This document shows positions 6,033 through 14,333 of a DNA stretch of 64,000 nt, one piece after another. The notes under the pieces are model-generated. The model saw only the letters and a list, made by a program, of their open reading frames with translations. It did not search any database and was not told the origin of the DNA. This DNA is from Candidatus Uhrbacteria bacterium (GTDB lineage: Bacteria > Patescibacteriota > Patescibacteriia > UBA9934), in NCBI GenBank assembly GCA_963822405.1, contig CAWGHH010000001.1:151296-215295 (forward strand), in the 5' to 3' direction. The stretch's first letter is position 1. Each line of letters opens with the position of its first letter. The translations under genes were made by a program, and so were the position numbers.

Positions 6033-8493
6033 CTACATTGCCGTTGTTAGTTTCCTGCTCTACGGTCGCCAGCATGTTTGCGGTCTCTTTGTTTGTATCA
6101 AAACTGAATGTTAGATCGTTCTTGTTGGGCCTTCCATACCCAACATTTTCCTTGTCGTCTCGTTTTAATGTAAAACGCTTAGCTGTTTTTCCTTGGTCGA
6201 GCATCACTTCTTCTATTCCTGTTATTACACAGCCCAAATCCTCAACATATTTTGTGCCGACCATTAGATCTGGGAATACGTCAGCATAAATAACATTGTC
6301 TTTGGCGGTGGTATCGATGGTGGCTCGCATCATCGCTTCGCCAACCGCAGATCCGCGCATGGCTGGGTCAACATTGAGCGATCCGCCATAAACAGCATTT
6401 TTTCCGAGATCTGACCTAGTATCGAACCGTACGAAGGCAATGACTCGACCATCTTTTTCCAGGATATGGAACTGGGTCGAGTTACCATTATCGTTGAGTT
6501 TAGCCAGGAATCCCTTTCGTAGACCCTCGATCAATTCTGGTTTTTGTCCTTGCCAGTTTGCCTCGAAAATTGAAAGCATTTGTTCTTTCGTCTGCTCATT
6601 AATTTCTGATGGAGCGCGAATTTCTGTTTCTACGCCCTTCATATCCTCAAAGCTCATCTCTTGTGTTCCTTTGAATGAATCCTTGAAGATAGTAGTAAAC
6701 AGCACCAGCTCGTGTCCTTGTTCGGCGAGTTTGGCAGTGGCATTTGCTTGTTCGTTTTCACTTCGGCTTTCACGTACTTTGCCGGCATCCTCTGCCGCGG
6801 TCAGCAGAGAAGTGAGTCTGCGGTTGATTTCAAATATCATTTTTCTGTAGTCGAGATCTTTTATTTTTCCGGCAGTTTTCGCCCCATCAAGCGACTGTAA
6901 AGCATCTCGTCGAGCGAGTGAGGCTTCACGCAATAGCGGTAGGACAGTTGATCGTTCCTGTGCGGGGAGTGCGAGTGCGGTGTTTACTACGCGCTCGCAG
7001 ATCTCAGCGTTGTCTAGGAGCGCGCCAATGATTTCGAGTCCATCTTTGCCCGCCAAACCAATCAGTGACGCAAATGGCTCTCGGTTTTTTTTGATTAACT
7101 CAGGCGCAGACATGAATGGTTGTCTTTGATCCTCTGACAGTTCGAACAGCGTATTGTCCGTTTCTTGGCGGAGCTTATTATCAAAATCAAGAAATGCTTT
7201 ATAGCCTTCTAAGCCTGTTTCTGGCATTCCACGGACATTCGTGAGCTTGCCACCAGCTTCAAAGAAAGAACTAGTGTTGGTTTTGCTCTCTTTAAGATTA
7301 GAATTGCCGCGTTCAAGAACGTTCATGATTGAACGGGGGGTTCCGACTCCGTTCTCGTCCAGCTCGACAATAGCTGCTTGTCCATTCCCAAGTTTATCAA
7401 TCCGGATATTGCGATTTTTAAACTGACGGCCGATGTAGTGTCGAATTGAGTCAATTTGGACGGTACCACTGGAGGACACGCGGACGGTCTCGGCCGTTTG
7501 TCGTCCTTGAGCCTCTTTGCCAAAGTCCGTTTCTGTCAGCAGTCCTTTTTTGAGAATTTCCGGTGCATATTGCGAAATGATCTCAATAGCTCTTGAATCC
7601 ATGGCGTTCGGCGTTCCTTTATGTGAGAATTTTAATCCTCCAACTTCGTTTAACCACTTGCGGGATAGTGGATGATATTCGCCGTTTGTTTTTACAAGTA
7701 ACCTGCCGTTTTTGTCCCGTTTTGCGTCGCCGTAATTTGGGTGATAGAGGAGAGCGGGAATACTGGCTTCAAGAAAACCAAGATCAGTGACGCTGGCTGG
7801 TTGACGAGTGGCTGCGGCGGTTTCTGTACCAAGCGTGCCTGCCGGAACTTCCCATAAACCAAAGTGAAACTCGGACTGTCTGATTTGTTCAATATTTAAA
7901 GCATCTTCACGATATTCAGGTAGATAAAAAAACGCTTTTGGTTTGGTACCGGGATTTTGTTCAAATTCACTTTTTAAAATCGTTTTCTTCCCGGCGAAGG
8001 TATTGCCGAGTCTTTCGAGGCGGGATTGGCCAAGATAATTTATTGCGGGTGTCACGTCTTTGCCAAGTTCACGGATGCTGGCCTGGTTGAACTCTGTGAA
8101 CAGCTTGGCGTCATCTACAATCAATACGCCATCTGTTCTTCGTTCAATAATACCGGCAGTCTCTAGGATACCGAGCACTTCTTTTTGTGCCTCAGACCTT
8201 GGCGTTTTGTGTTCAATGGGTTCAAGAAGTTCTACGGCCGTTACTGACCGGCCTTCATCAAGCGCTTTTTGCATTGAGGTAAGCATCGTTCGGAGTGCCT
8301 CTGGACCGTATTGACGAGCTACGTCTGCGCATTGTTCGGCGATAGTTGCGGGACTTGTCTCTCGTCTCTCGGGCGTAGGTCGCGAAAACTCCCTTGAGTC
8401 GCGATGTCTAAGTCCCGGCGCAAATTCATTCATACCCCCGTATTCTATCCTGCTTTCAGGTGCTCGCCAATAATTGTTACGGCGTTGTCTCAA
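5935..8493 (-). CDS. large hypothetical protein (852 aa) with GNAT acetyltransferase-like fold in the C-terminal third
   Basis: VDPAMRGSAVGEAMM resembles GNAT motif A (R/Q-x-x-G-x-G/A); the rest has no recognisable domain. Confidence 0.6.
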   Translation of the reverse strand: MRQRRNNYWRAPESRIEYGGMNEFAPGLRHRDSREFSRPTPERRETSPATIAEQCADVARQYGPEALRTMLTSMQKALDEGRSVTAVELLEPIEHKTPRSEAQKEVLGILETAGIIERRTDGVLIVDDAKLFTEFNQASIRELGKDVTPAINYLGQSRLERLGNTFAGKKTILKSEFEQNPGTKPKAFFYLPEYREDALNIEQIRQSEFHFGLWEVPAGTLGTETAAATRQPASVTDLGFLEASIPALLYHPNYGDAKRDKNGRLLVKTNGEYHPLSRKWLNEVGGLKFSHKGTPNAMDSRAIEIISQYAPEILKKGLLTETDFGKEAQGRQTAETVRVSSSGTVQIDSIRHYIGRQFKNRNIRIDKLGNGQAAIVELDENGVGTPRSIMNVLERGNSNLKESKTNTSSFFEAGGKLTNVRGMPETGLEGYKAFLDFDNKLRQETDNTLFELSEDQRQPFMSAPELIKKNREPFASLIGLAGKDGLEIIGALLDNAEICERVVNTALALPAQERSTVLPLLREASLARRDALQSLDGAKTAGKIKDLDYRKMIFEINRRLTSLLTAAEDAGKVRESRSENEQANATAKLAEQGHELVLFTTIFKDSFKGTQEMSFEDMKGVETEIRAPSEINEQTKEQMLSIFEANWQGQKPELIEGLRKGFLAKLNDNGNSTQFHILEKDGRVIAFVRFDTRSDLGKNAVYGGSLNVDPAMRGSAVGEAMMRATIDTTAKDNVIYADVFPDLMVGTKYVEDLGCVITGIEEVMLDQGKTAKRFTLKRDDKENVGYGRPNKNDLTFSFDTNKETANMLATVEQETNNGNVVTRYYADPKNPNLRTLVFEPRVELAKQLKEAA

Positions 8494-9205
8494 CCGGTGT
8501 ACCTACGCTCACAAAGTGATATACCCAATCGGCCTCGCTTACTCGCATGTTGATGCAGCCGTGGCTTACTGGTTTGCCGAAGCTGTTATGCCAGTAGGCG
8601 GTGTGAATGTAGATGTGCGGGAAGACGCGCATGTTCCATTTTACGTTGGGTAGATTGTAGTTGCGCGGATCATTCGGTCCGTAGTTCCAGGCGTAAGTCA
8701 TGACCGGATATTTGGCCATGATTGTAGTTTTGCCAACTGGCGTGTGGTAGCCGGGTTTAGCTGTTGAAACAAGAAATGTCTTAACTTGAACGCCGTTTAC
8801 ATAGGCGTAAAGGCGTTGCTCGCTGATATCAACTTTTATATATTGGTCGAGTGGATTCACCGGAACGGTATTCCTGGTACCGAGGGCGACGATGTTGCCG
8901 GTCTCAGGAATGACCGAAATAGTCGGGGCTATTTCCGGTGCATCTGGAAAGGGAACAAAGGATTTTCCGGTAGTACCGTTTGTGATTTGAATTTGTTTTG
9001 CGTATGCGCCGTTAGCCGAAATAACCGTCTTCAGATCGGTCGCTACTGACAGGCCGTAGCTTGATGAGGTTTGGTTAAGCGCTTTGGTCGAGTGTGTAAA
9101 TCCGTTCCAGGAATGGTCGAGGACTGTTAGATCGAACGCGCCGTTATTCATTGGTGCGGCCATGATTTCGTCCTCCGAGTCCTGGTCGAGGTTGCCAACG
9201 AACAC
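8477..9205 (-). CDS. L,D-transpeptidase (YkuD) catalytic domain; probably the C-terminal part of one gene split by a frameshift
   Basis: HGCINMRVSEADWVY catalytic His-Gly-Cys motif; the upstream frame continues into the FG-GAP ORF. Confidence 0.65.
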   Translation of the reverse strand: MFVGNLDQDSEDEIMAAPMNNGAFDLTVLDHSWNGFTHSTKALNQTSSSYGLSVATDLKTVISANGAYAKQIQITNGTTGKSFVPFPDAPEIAPTISVIPETGNIVALGTRNTVPVNPLDQYIKVDISEQRLYAYVNGVQVKTFLVSTAKPGYHTPVGKTTIMAKYPVMTYAWNYGPNDPRNYNLPNVKWNMRVFPHIYIHTAYWHNSFGKPVSHGCINMRVSEADWVYHFVSVGTPVETTP

Positions 9206-9849
9206 ATATACGCCAGATTTTTCTGGAATATTGGCGAGCGTTTCGGTTGCCTTAAGTGTGCCGTCAGCAGCAAAAATTTTAATATCAGCCGGGCCTCCGG
9301 GCCGGCGCCGGTAATTATTTCGGCCTTGCCGTCACCGTCTACATCGCCACAGGCAACGTTAACCCCTGTTCGAAGTTTTTCGTCATAAGCAAAAAAGTGC
9401 ACTTTGAGATATGTCCCATCGGCGGAGAACTCGCGCACTTGCGGACCACCGCCGTACATTGCGCCGGTGACGATGTCATTTGTACCGTCACCATTAAGAT
9501 CGCAAATTGCTACATTGACCCCGCTTTTCATACCGGTTGCGTACGAAGAAAATTCTTTGATAAGTGAGCCGTCGAGCCGCATAACTCGAACAAGCGGTTT
9601 GTTTCCTGAGCCAGCGCCAACGACGATTTCGCTTGTGCCATCAGCGCCAAGATCGCCTACGGCTACGCTACCGGCGGCGTCCCCGGCTTTATCAAACGGC
9701 CTGAACGAAGAGACCAGATCTCCGTTGGGTGAAAAGATTTTCAGCTCAGTGCCAGTTGGTGGAACTGGAGTTTTAGTTGTAGCCGCGAGTGAAGTTAGCG
9801 GTGAAAAGGCGGTACTTACAAGGACTGCGAGCACGATTGTGCGGTTCAT
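9148..9849 (-). CDS. FG-GAP/VCBS repeat protein with signal peptide; N-terminal part of a frameshifted FG-GAP plus L,D-transpeptidase gene
   Basis: Repeats GDLNGDGTNDIV and GDVDGDGKAEIITGAG; product turns to junk after ITGAGP at about 9290-9310, in a ccgggcctccgggccggcgccgg tract. Confidence 0.6.
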   Translation of the reverse strand: MNRTIVLAVLVSTAFSPLTSLAATTKTPVPPTGTELKIFSPNGDLVSSFRPFDKAGDAAGSVAVGDLGADGTSEIVVGAGSGNKPLVRVMRLDGSLIKEFSSYATGMKSGVNVAICDLNGDGTNDIVTGAMYGGGPQVREFSADGTYLKVHFFAYDEKLRTGVNVACGDVDGDGKAEIITGAGPEARLILKFLLLTAHLRQPKRSPIFQKNLAYMCSLATSTRTRRTKSWPHQ

Positions 9850-9919
9850 ATAGGCTGAGTATAGCCTGCGCTTGCCTTGCTGGTCGAGTTCTTGTATTCT
9901 ACTCGCGTTAACAGGTTAT

Positions 9920-9995
9920 GGGCTGATAGCTCAGTTGGTAGAGCATCTGCTTTGCAAGCAGAGGGTCCGGGGTTCGAGTCCCCGTCAGTCCACCA
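9920..9995 (+). tRNA. tRNA-Ala (anticodon TGC), CCA encoded
   Basis: Cloverleaf folded by hand: GGGCUGA acceptor, anticodon loop CUUUGCAAG, T-arm GGTTCGAGTCC. Confidence 0.9.
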
Positions 9996-10027
9996 AAAAA
10001 CCCACTAAAATCCGCCCTGGCGTTGTC

Positions 10028-10102
10028 GCCGGTCTGCGTTTCTCCTCGACGTACCACAAGTACGTCTCGTCGAAGCCTTGCCGGCTCCTAGCCAGGACGA
10101 AT
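10028..10102 (+). other. GC-rich structured element directly after tRNA-Ala (CCTGGC...GCCAGG outer stem, inner GACGTAC/GTACGTC hairpin) followed by a T-run
   Basis: Stems seen directly; followed by gaattttagagggttttttgtttgtg; could terminate the tRNA transcript or be a small RNA. Confidence 0.25.
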
Positions 10103-10225
10103 TTTAGAGGGTTTTTTGTTTGTGCGGCTTTGCCTCGATTAATCCTGAGATTGACCCTGAGAACGTTGACTTTTTGCTAAATTGGTGCTATTATTTTTGG
10201 TCTTAGCTAAACGACTGGAGGCTGT

Positions 10226-10768
10226 ATGCAAGACAAGGAAATCGCGAAACATAAGCGTGAAGAAATCGCGGAGCGCCATGAGCTGCTCGACAGCTTCCTG
10301 GCTTGGACGAAGACCGCGTCTGCTTGGTCTCTCGCTGGTCTGGGTACGATCGCGGTGGTGTTTGGAGCGGTGCAGGACGTATTGGCTCCGCTTTTGGCTT
10401 GGCTAGACGCGATCATGGGACCGCTCGACGAAATCCTCGTCGGAGCTACGCCCGAGATCATCATCCTTGAGTTTGTGCGTCGGTATACCGGCCACAACTT
10501 GATCGAACAGCTTCGGCTGAAGATCTCGGGGGCGCCTACATGGGTCTTGGCCGCTGTGGCGACCGGTACTGTGGGCGTAATGACTGGCACTGATCTGTCG
10601 GTCTACGTTCCAGTTATCGGGCTCGTTTCCATCCCGTTCCAGTTCATCGATCAGTACATCGTCGGTCTGCCAACGATCCTGATCGGGTTTGAACTTTACG
10701 AACGATGGAAGGCGAACCCCACCGAAATCAAACGTCTCGAAGACTCTACTTCCCGTTCGGGGGAGTAG
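10226..10768 (+). CDS. hypothetical membrane protein (180 aa), GC-rich relative to its flanks
   Basis: TTGACT-N17-TATTAT promoter at about 10172-10200; GGAGG RBS; several hydrophobic helices. Confidence 0.5.
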   Translation: MQDKEIAKHKREEIAERHELLDSFLAWTKTASAWSLAGLGTIAVVFGAVQDVLAPLLAWLDAIMGPLDEILVGATPEIIILEFVRRYTGHNLIEQLRLKISGAPTWVLAAVATGTVGVMTGTDLSVYVPVIGLVSIPFQFIDQYIVGLPTILIGFELYERWKANPTEIKRLEDSTSRSGE

Positions 10769-10786
10769 GGTCGTTGTTTTTATGTA

Positions 10787-10808
10787 GGGCCGACATCGAA
10801 GTCGGCCC
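10787..10808. repeat. REP palindrome copy 1 (GGGCCGAC-ATCGAA-GTCGGCCC); a half-copy at 10833-10848
   Basis: Perfect 8-bp stem with a 6-nt loop, TTACTA tail. Confidence 0.7.
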
Positions 10809-10844
10809 TTACTATGGGGATCGAAGAGTAGCAGTCGGCCCTTA

Positions 10845-11651
10845 CTACGAAAGCTGCGCGGGCGTGTACTTGGTTTCTGAGAAGTTTTTGTAGAGGTCTT
10901 CCTCGGCTATGATATTGCCAGTGCGTTTGTCGATTGTTTGCCGGCAAATAGTATTTTTTCGGAAATACTTACCGGTTTTTTCGTCTTGAATAAAGGCGTG
11001 GTCTTTTTCGAAAACGTGATAAGTCACTTTTGGTTCATGTTTAGATCGAATCTCGCCGTGCAGATATTTGCTGTCGAGCCACAAGCGCACTTCGAAAGTT
11101 TCAGCCGTGTCATTTTTGAGAGCGAAGTCGAGATAGTTGTAAAAAAGCGTCGCGCCGGTACCAAAGGGGACGACTCTGTTAGAGTCCGGGAATGCATCGA
11201 AGCTGTGATGATGTCGCTCGTGCACAGTGAGCGGCGAGTGAAGCGCTAACCAGTGAAGCATGTTGGCCACGGCGCAAAGGCCGCCACCAACTCCGCGCAT
11301 TACTTCACCATCAGATAGCATCAATCCCTCAAGGTAGCCCTTTCGCGTGGTGGGTTTCCCAACAAGTCGCCAAAACGAGTAGATCTCTCCGGGCTTAATC
11401 AGGATTTTGTCAGCCTTTTTTAGGGCGAGTGCCAGGTTTGTCACTTTGTTGTATTGCAAGGTCATGTCGACCCCCTCGAGTTTTCGCAAGAGCGTCGATT
11501 CATGGGCGTAGACCTTGTGCGGTAACGGTTTCGCCGCTTTTTTTGTGGCGAATTTTTGGGAACCGAAGTACCAAGACCATTGTCGTTTGAGTCTGAGACC
11601 GGTTACTGCGAGGGGATAGAGGAGGGGGTGAGATTTTCGAGAGATGGGCAT
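10845..11651 (-). CDS. VanW-family protein
   Basis: GVGGGLCAVANMLHW resembles the VanW GGGxCQ motif; start placed at M19 (11651) because the upstream part is REP-derived. Confidence 0.5.
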   Translation of the reverse strand: MPISRKSHPLLYPLAVTGLRLKRQWSWYFGSQKFATKKAAKPLPHKVYAHESTLLRKLEGVDMTLQYNKVTNLALALKKADKILIKPGEIYSFWRLVGKPTTRKGYLEGLMLSDGEVMRGVGGGLCAVANMLHWLALHSPLTVHERHHHSFDAFPDSNRVVPFGTGATLFYNYLDFALKNDTAETFEVRLWLDSKYLHGEIRSKHEPKVTYHVFEKDHAFIQDEKTGKYFRKNTICRQTIDKRTGNIIAEEDLYKNFSETKYTPAQLS

Positions 11652-11659
11652 AGGGGAGA

Positions 11660-11680
11660 GGGCCGACATAGAAGTCGGCG
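11660..11680. repeat. REP copy 2 (degenerate right arm)
   Basis: gggccgacatagaagtcggcg. Confidence 0.6.
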
Positions 11681-11695
11681 AGCAAAGATCTGAAG

Positions 11696-11717
11696 GGGCC
11701 GACATAGAAGTCGGCCC
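11696..11717. repeat. REP copy 3
   Basis: gggccgacatagaagtcggccc plus TTACTAC tail. Confidence 0.7.
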
Positions 11718-11723
11718 TTACTA

Positions 11724-12311
11724 CTAGGTGTCAGTATATATCACTGGGTGGCCGTCGTTCCACCATGTATTTGGGTTGTTGACGATATATTGCCGAATCC
11801 GATCGAGATCACCGTTTGCGCGGGTTATGTGTTCGTAATAATTCGTTTGCCATAATCGCCGATCGTAGTATTTGTGATTGATTTTATGCCATCGAATATA
11901 TTCATTGGTCGAAACCGATTTGAACCATTGCATCACCCGCGGTAAATCCGTCGGCGCCGGCAAATTGTTCGTCGTAGGGGCCGACTTCGATGTCGGCCCT
12001 TTCTCATCAAACATTTCCACAATCCCGTGAAAATGATCCGGCATCACCACGTATTCGTGTAAACGTACATTTGAAAATTTGTTTGGTATGGTTGCCCACC
12101 ATTCGGTGATCATTGAACCGAATGCGGTTAAACGGATGTTGACCAGAGGGCCGACATTGAAGTCGGCCCCTACGCCGCGATTGACGATTACGTCGCCGAA
12201 AATACCGTCGCGGTTGTTTGCGTTTAATGTCACGTAATACAATCCGGGTGTCGAATAATCAAATCCTGGCAATCGTGGATTCTTACGTCCAATTTCTTTC
12301 CATGAAAACAT
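11724..12311 (-). CDS. REP-associated tyrosine transposase (RAYT / TnpA_REP, IS200-like HuH Y1), carrying two in-frame REP insertions
   Basis: HuH motif MPDHFHGIV; Tyr motif RRLWQTNYYEHITRANGDLDRIRQYIVNNP, YafM-like; REP copies 4 and 5 lie inside the ORF without breaking the frame. Confidence 0.8.
   Translation of the reverse strand: MFSWKEIGRKNPRLPGFDYSTPGLYYVTLNANNRDGIFGDVIVNRGVGADFNVGPLVNIRLTAFGSMITEWWATIPNKFSNVRLHEYVVMPDHFHGIVEMFDEKGPTSKSAPTTNNLPAPTDLPRVMQWFKSVSTNEYIRWHKINHKYYDRRLWQTNYYEHITRANGDLDRIRQYIVNNPNTWWNDGHPVIYTDT
11978..11999. repeat. REP copy 4 (inverted orientation, loop TTCGAT) inside the RAYT CDS
   Basis: gggccgacttcgatgtcggccc; translates in-frame as KGPTSKSAPTT. Confidence 0.7.
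12148..12169. repeat. REP copy 5 inside the RAYT CDS
   Basis: gggccgacattgaagtcggccc; translates in-frame as RGVGADFNVGPLV. Confidence 0.7.
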
Positions 12312-12419
12312 AAAACCCCATTCGTGAGATCGATTATGCGTCGATCATTTACGCCTGGGGAGTTATGTATATTGCACCATGTTATTTGGGCGGTTCTGGG
12401 TGGTCTGTGCATAACCGCC

Positions 12420-12441
12420 GGGTCGACATAGAAGTCGACCC
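12420..12441. repeat. REP copy 6 (variant GGGTCGAC arms) abutting the stop codon of the dehydrogenase gene
   Basis: gggtcgacatagaagtcgaccc; gene stop at 12442-12444. Confidence 0.65.
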
Positions 12442-13428
12442 TTACTTCACCGCATTCGGTGGTGTCTTTCCGTCCAGGAACGCCAGAATGTTCTCGGCGG
12501 CGGCGCGGCTCATGGCCTGGCGAGCTTCGATGGATGCGCTGGCCGTGTGAGGCGTGAGGACGACGTTTGGGAGTTTGCGGAGATCGTAGGTATCTGTCGG
12601 ATCGCAGTCGATGAGTGGCTCGCACTCGTAAACGTCCAGGCCTGCGCCGGCGATGTCGCCATGGGCGAGAGCGACGACCAGCGCCTTCTCGTCGATAATT
12701 GGTCCGCGCGACGTGTTGATGATGTACGCCGTCTTTTTCATGAGCTTCAGTTCACGCTCGCCAATGAGATGGCGAGTAGACGGCAGTAGGGGAACATGCA
12801 AAGACACGAAGTCAGCATGTTTCAGGAGCTCGTCTTTTTCCATGAAGGTCGCCCCAAATGCTTGTTCGAATTTTTCGTTTGGTTTGATGTCGTTGTAGAT
12901 GATCTTGATCCCGAAACCGTCATGCATTCGTTTGGCTAATGCCTCGCCAATAGCACCTCCGCCAATAATGCCGAGTGTCTTGCCGATTACGTCGACGCCG
13001 AGGAACATCTTTGGACCCCAGCCCCTATACTTGCCGGCGCGCGTGAAATCATCAGTCTCGACTATTCTATGGGCGAGCGCAAAGATAAGCGCGATGGTGT
13101 GCTCAGCGACGGTTTCCGAAACCTCAGGAGCGCGAGCGTTTGTCACCATGATCCCGCGCTTTTTAGCAGCCTCGAGGTCAATGTTGTCGAACCCTACCGC
13201 GTAGTTCGCGATCATTTTCAATTGTTTTCCGGCTGCACGCATGATCGAATCGTCGATCTTGTCGGTCAGAAGCGAAAGGATGATGTCGACCCCTTTTACA
13301 TTCGATTTTAGAACGCCAACTGGAATATTTTTGTTTTCCTCGTACACTTTTACCTCAATATCTGGTCGAGCCCGGAGCATTTTCAATCCTTCATCTGGAA
13401 TATCACGAGTCACGAAAATCTTTATCAT
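12442..13428 (-). CDS. D-isomer-specific 2-hydroxyacid dehydrogenase (glycerate / hydroxypyruvate reductase-like)
   Basis: NAD-binding GIIGGGAIG; catalytic region ...HVPLLPSTRHLI...; C-terminal TPHTASAS motif. Confidence 0.85.
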   Translation of the reverse strand: MIKIFVTRDIPDEGLKMLRARPDIEVKVYEENKNIPVGVLKSNVKGVDIILSLLTDKIDDSIMRAAGKQLKMIANYAVGFDNIDLEAAKKRGIMVTNARAPEVSETVAEHTIALIFALAHRIVETDDFTRAGKYRGWGPKMFLGVDVIGKTLGIIGGGAIGEALAKRMHDGFGIKIIYNDIKPNEKFEQAFGATFMEKDELLKHADFVSLHVPLLPSTRHLIGERELKLMKKTAYIINTSRGPIIDEKALVVALAHGDIAGAGLDVYECEPLIDCDPTDTYDLRKLPNVVLTPHTASASIEARQAMSRAAAENILAFLDGKTPPNAVK

Positions 13429-13430
13429 AA

Positions 13431-14144
13431 TTACTCAATTTTTGAGAAGTCGAGAGACGCGCGAATAATTTTCCAACCATCTTCCACACCGGCTGGCGCA
13501 CCTTTCCAAAGATCAAATTCTACCTGGGTTACGTTTTTATCAGTCGCGTACCAGATAACTTCATTGATTTGATAATCTATAGCGCCGGAAAAAGCGCCTT
13601 TTGCTATGACTACACTCTTCCCATTGATAACTTCATCTGTGAGGGTCACTTTTTCGTCTGGTGGGTAGGCGGCTGTTACTAGATCTTTAAGTGTTTTGAC
13701 GCCCAGCTGCGGAAATTCGCTTTTTGGACGAGTGTCCATGTTGACTGCAAAAATTGGTCCACCACAGTCAACACACGAATGATCCATGAAACCCGGGCTT
13801 ACTACTACTGAATATGTTTGGATTGAATCTAGTGGAGTTAGTTTTTCTTCTCTCAGCTCGCCAACTGCAGACCAGCCGGCAGGATAGGAAAAACCAGGCC
13901 GACGAGTATTTGCTGAGACGACGATTGTCTTAGTTTTCGCGGCTTCTTCACAGGCTTTAGTAACTTTTTCTGATTCTATCTTGATTGCAGCACCGACCTC
14001 AGCCTTACAAGCCGCGGCAATTGCCACCGAGTCTGGCCTGTTAGCATTAAAGAGAACTATGAGAGCAATGGCGCCAACTGACAAGCAAAGAATTGCGCCA
14101 ATAAGCGAGAAAATTAGAAAGGGAGCTTTTGAGGAGGACGGCAT
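13431..14144 (-). CDS. membrane-anchored hypothetical protein (237 aa)
   Basis: N-terminal TM helix; no recognisable motif. Confidence 0.45.
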   Translation of the reverse strand: MPSSSKAPFLIFSLIGAILCLSVGAIALIVLFNANRPDSVAIAAACKAEVGAAIKIESEKVTKACEEAAKTKTIVVSANTRRPGFSYPAGWSAVGELREEKLTPLDSIQTYSVVVSPGFMDHSCVDCGGPIFAVNMDTRPKSEFPQLGVKTLKDLVTAAYPPDEKVTLTDEVINGKSVVIAKGAFSGAIDYQINEVIWYATDKNVTQVEFDLWKGAPAGVEDGWKIIRASLDFSKIE

Positions 14145-14333
14145 ATTATTTTATTGCAGCTACGGCTGCCTCGGCGCAGGCTTTTGCAATGGTGTTAGCG
14201 TCGACTCTTGTTTGATAAAGCTGAACTAATAATACGAGTACCGCAATAAGCAGACCAAGGTTCCATAAGAGGAACATGATGGCCCAGCCTTTGCGTTTGT
14301 TTGGTTGTTCGGGCATATGCCCCTAAGTATACG

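Noticed and set aside
10705-12550. ORFs 10705..10893 (+) and 12365..12550 (+)
   Set aside because: Their peptide content (ADIEVGPYY, VDIEVDPYF) is simply the translation of REP palindromes. They are not genes.
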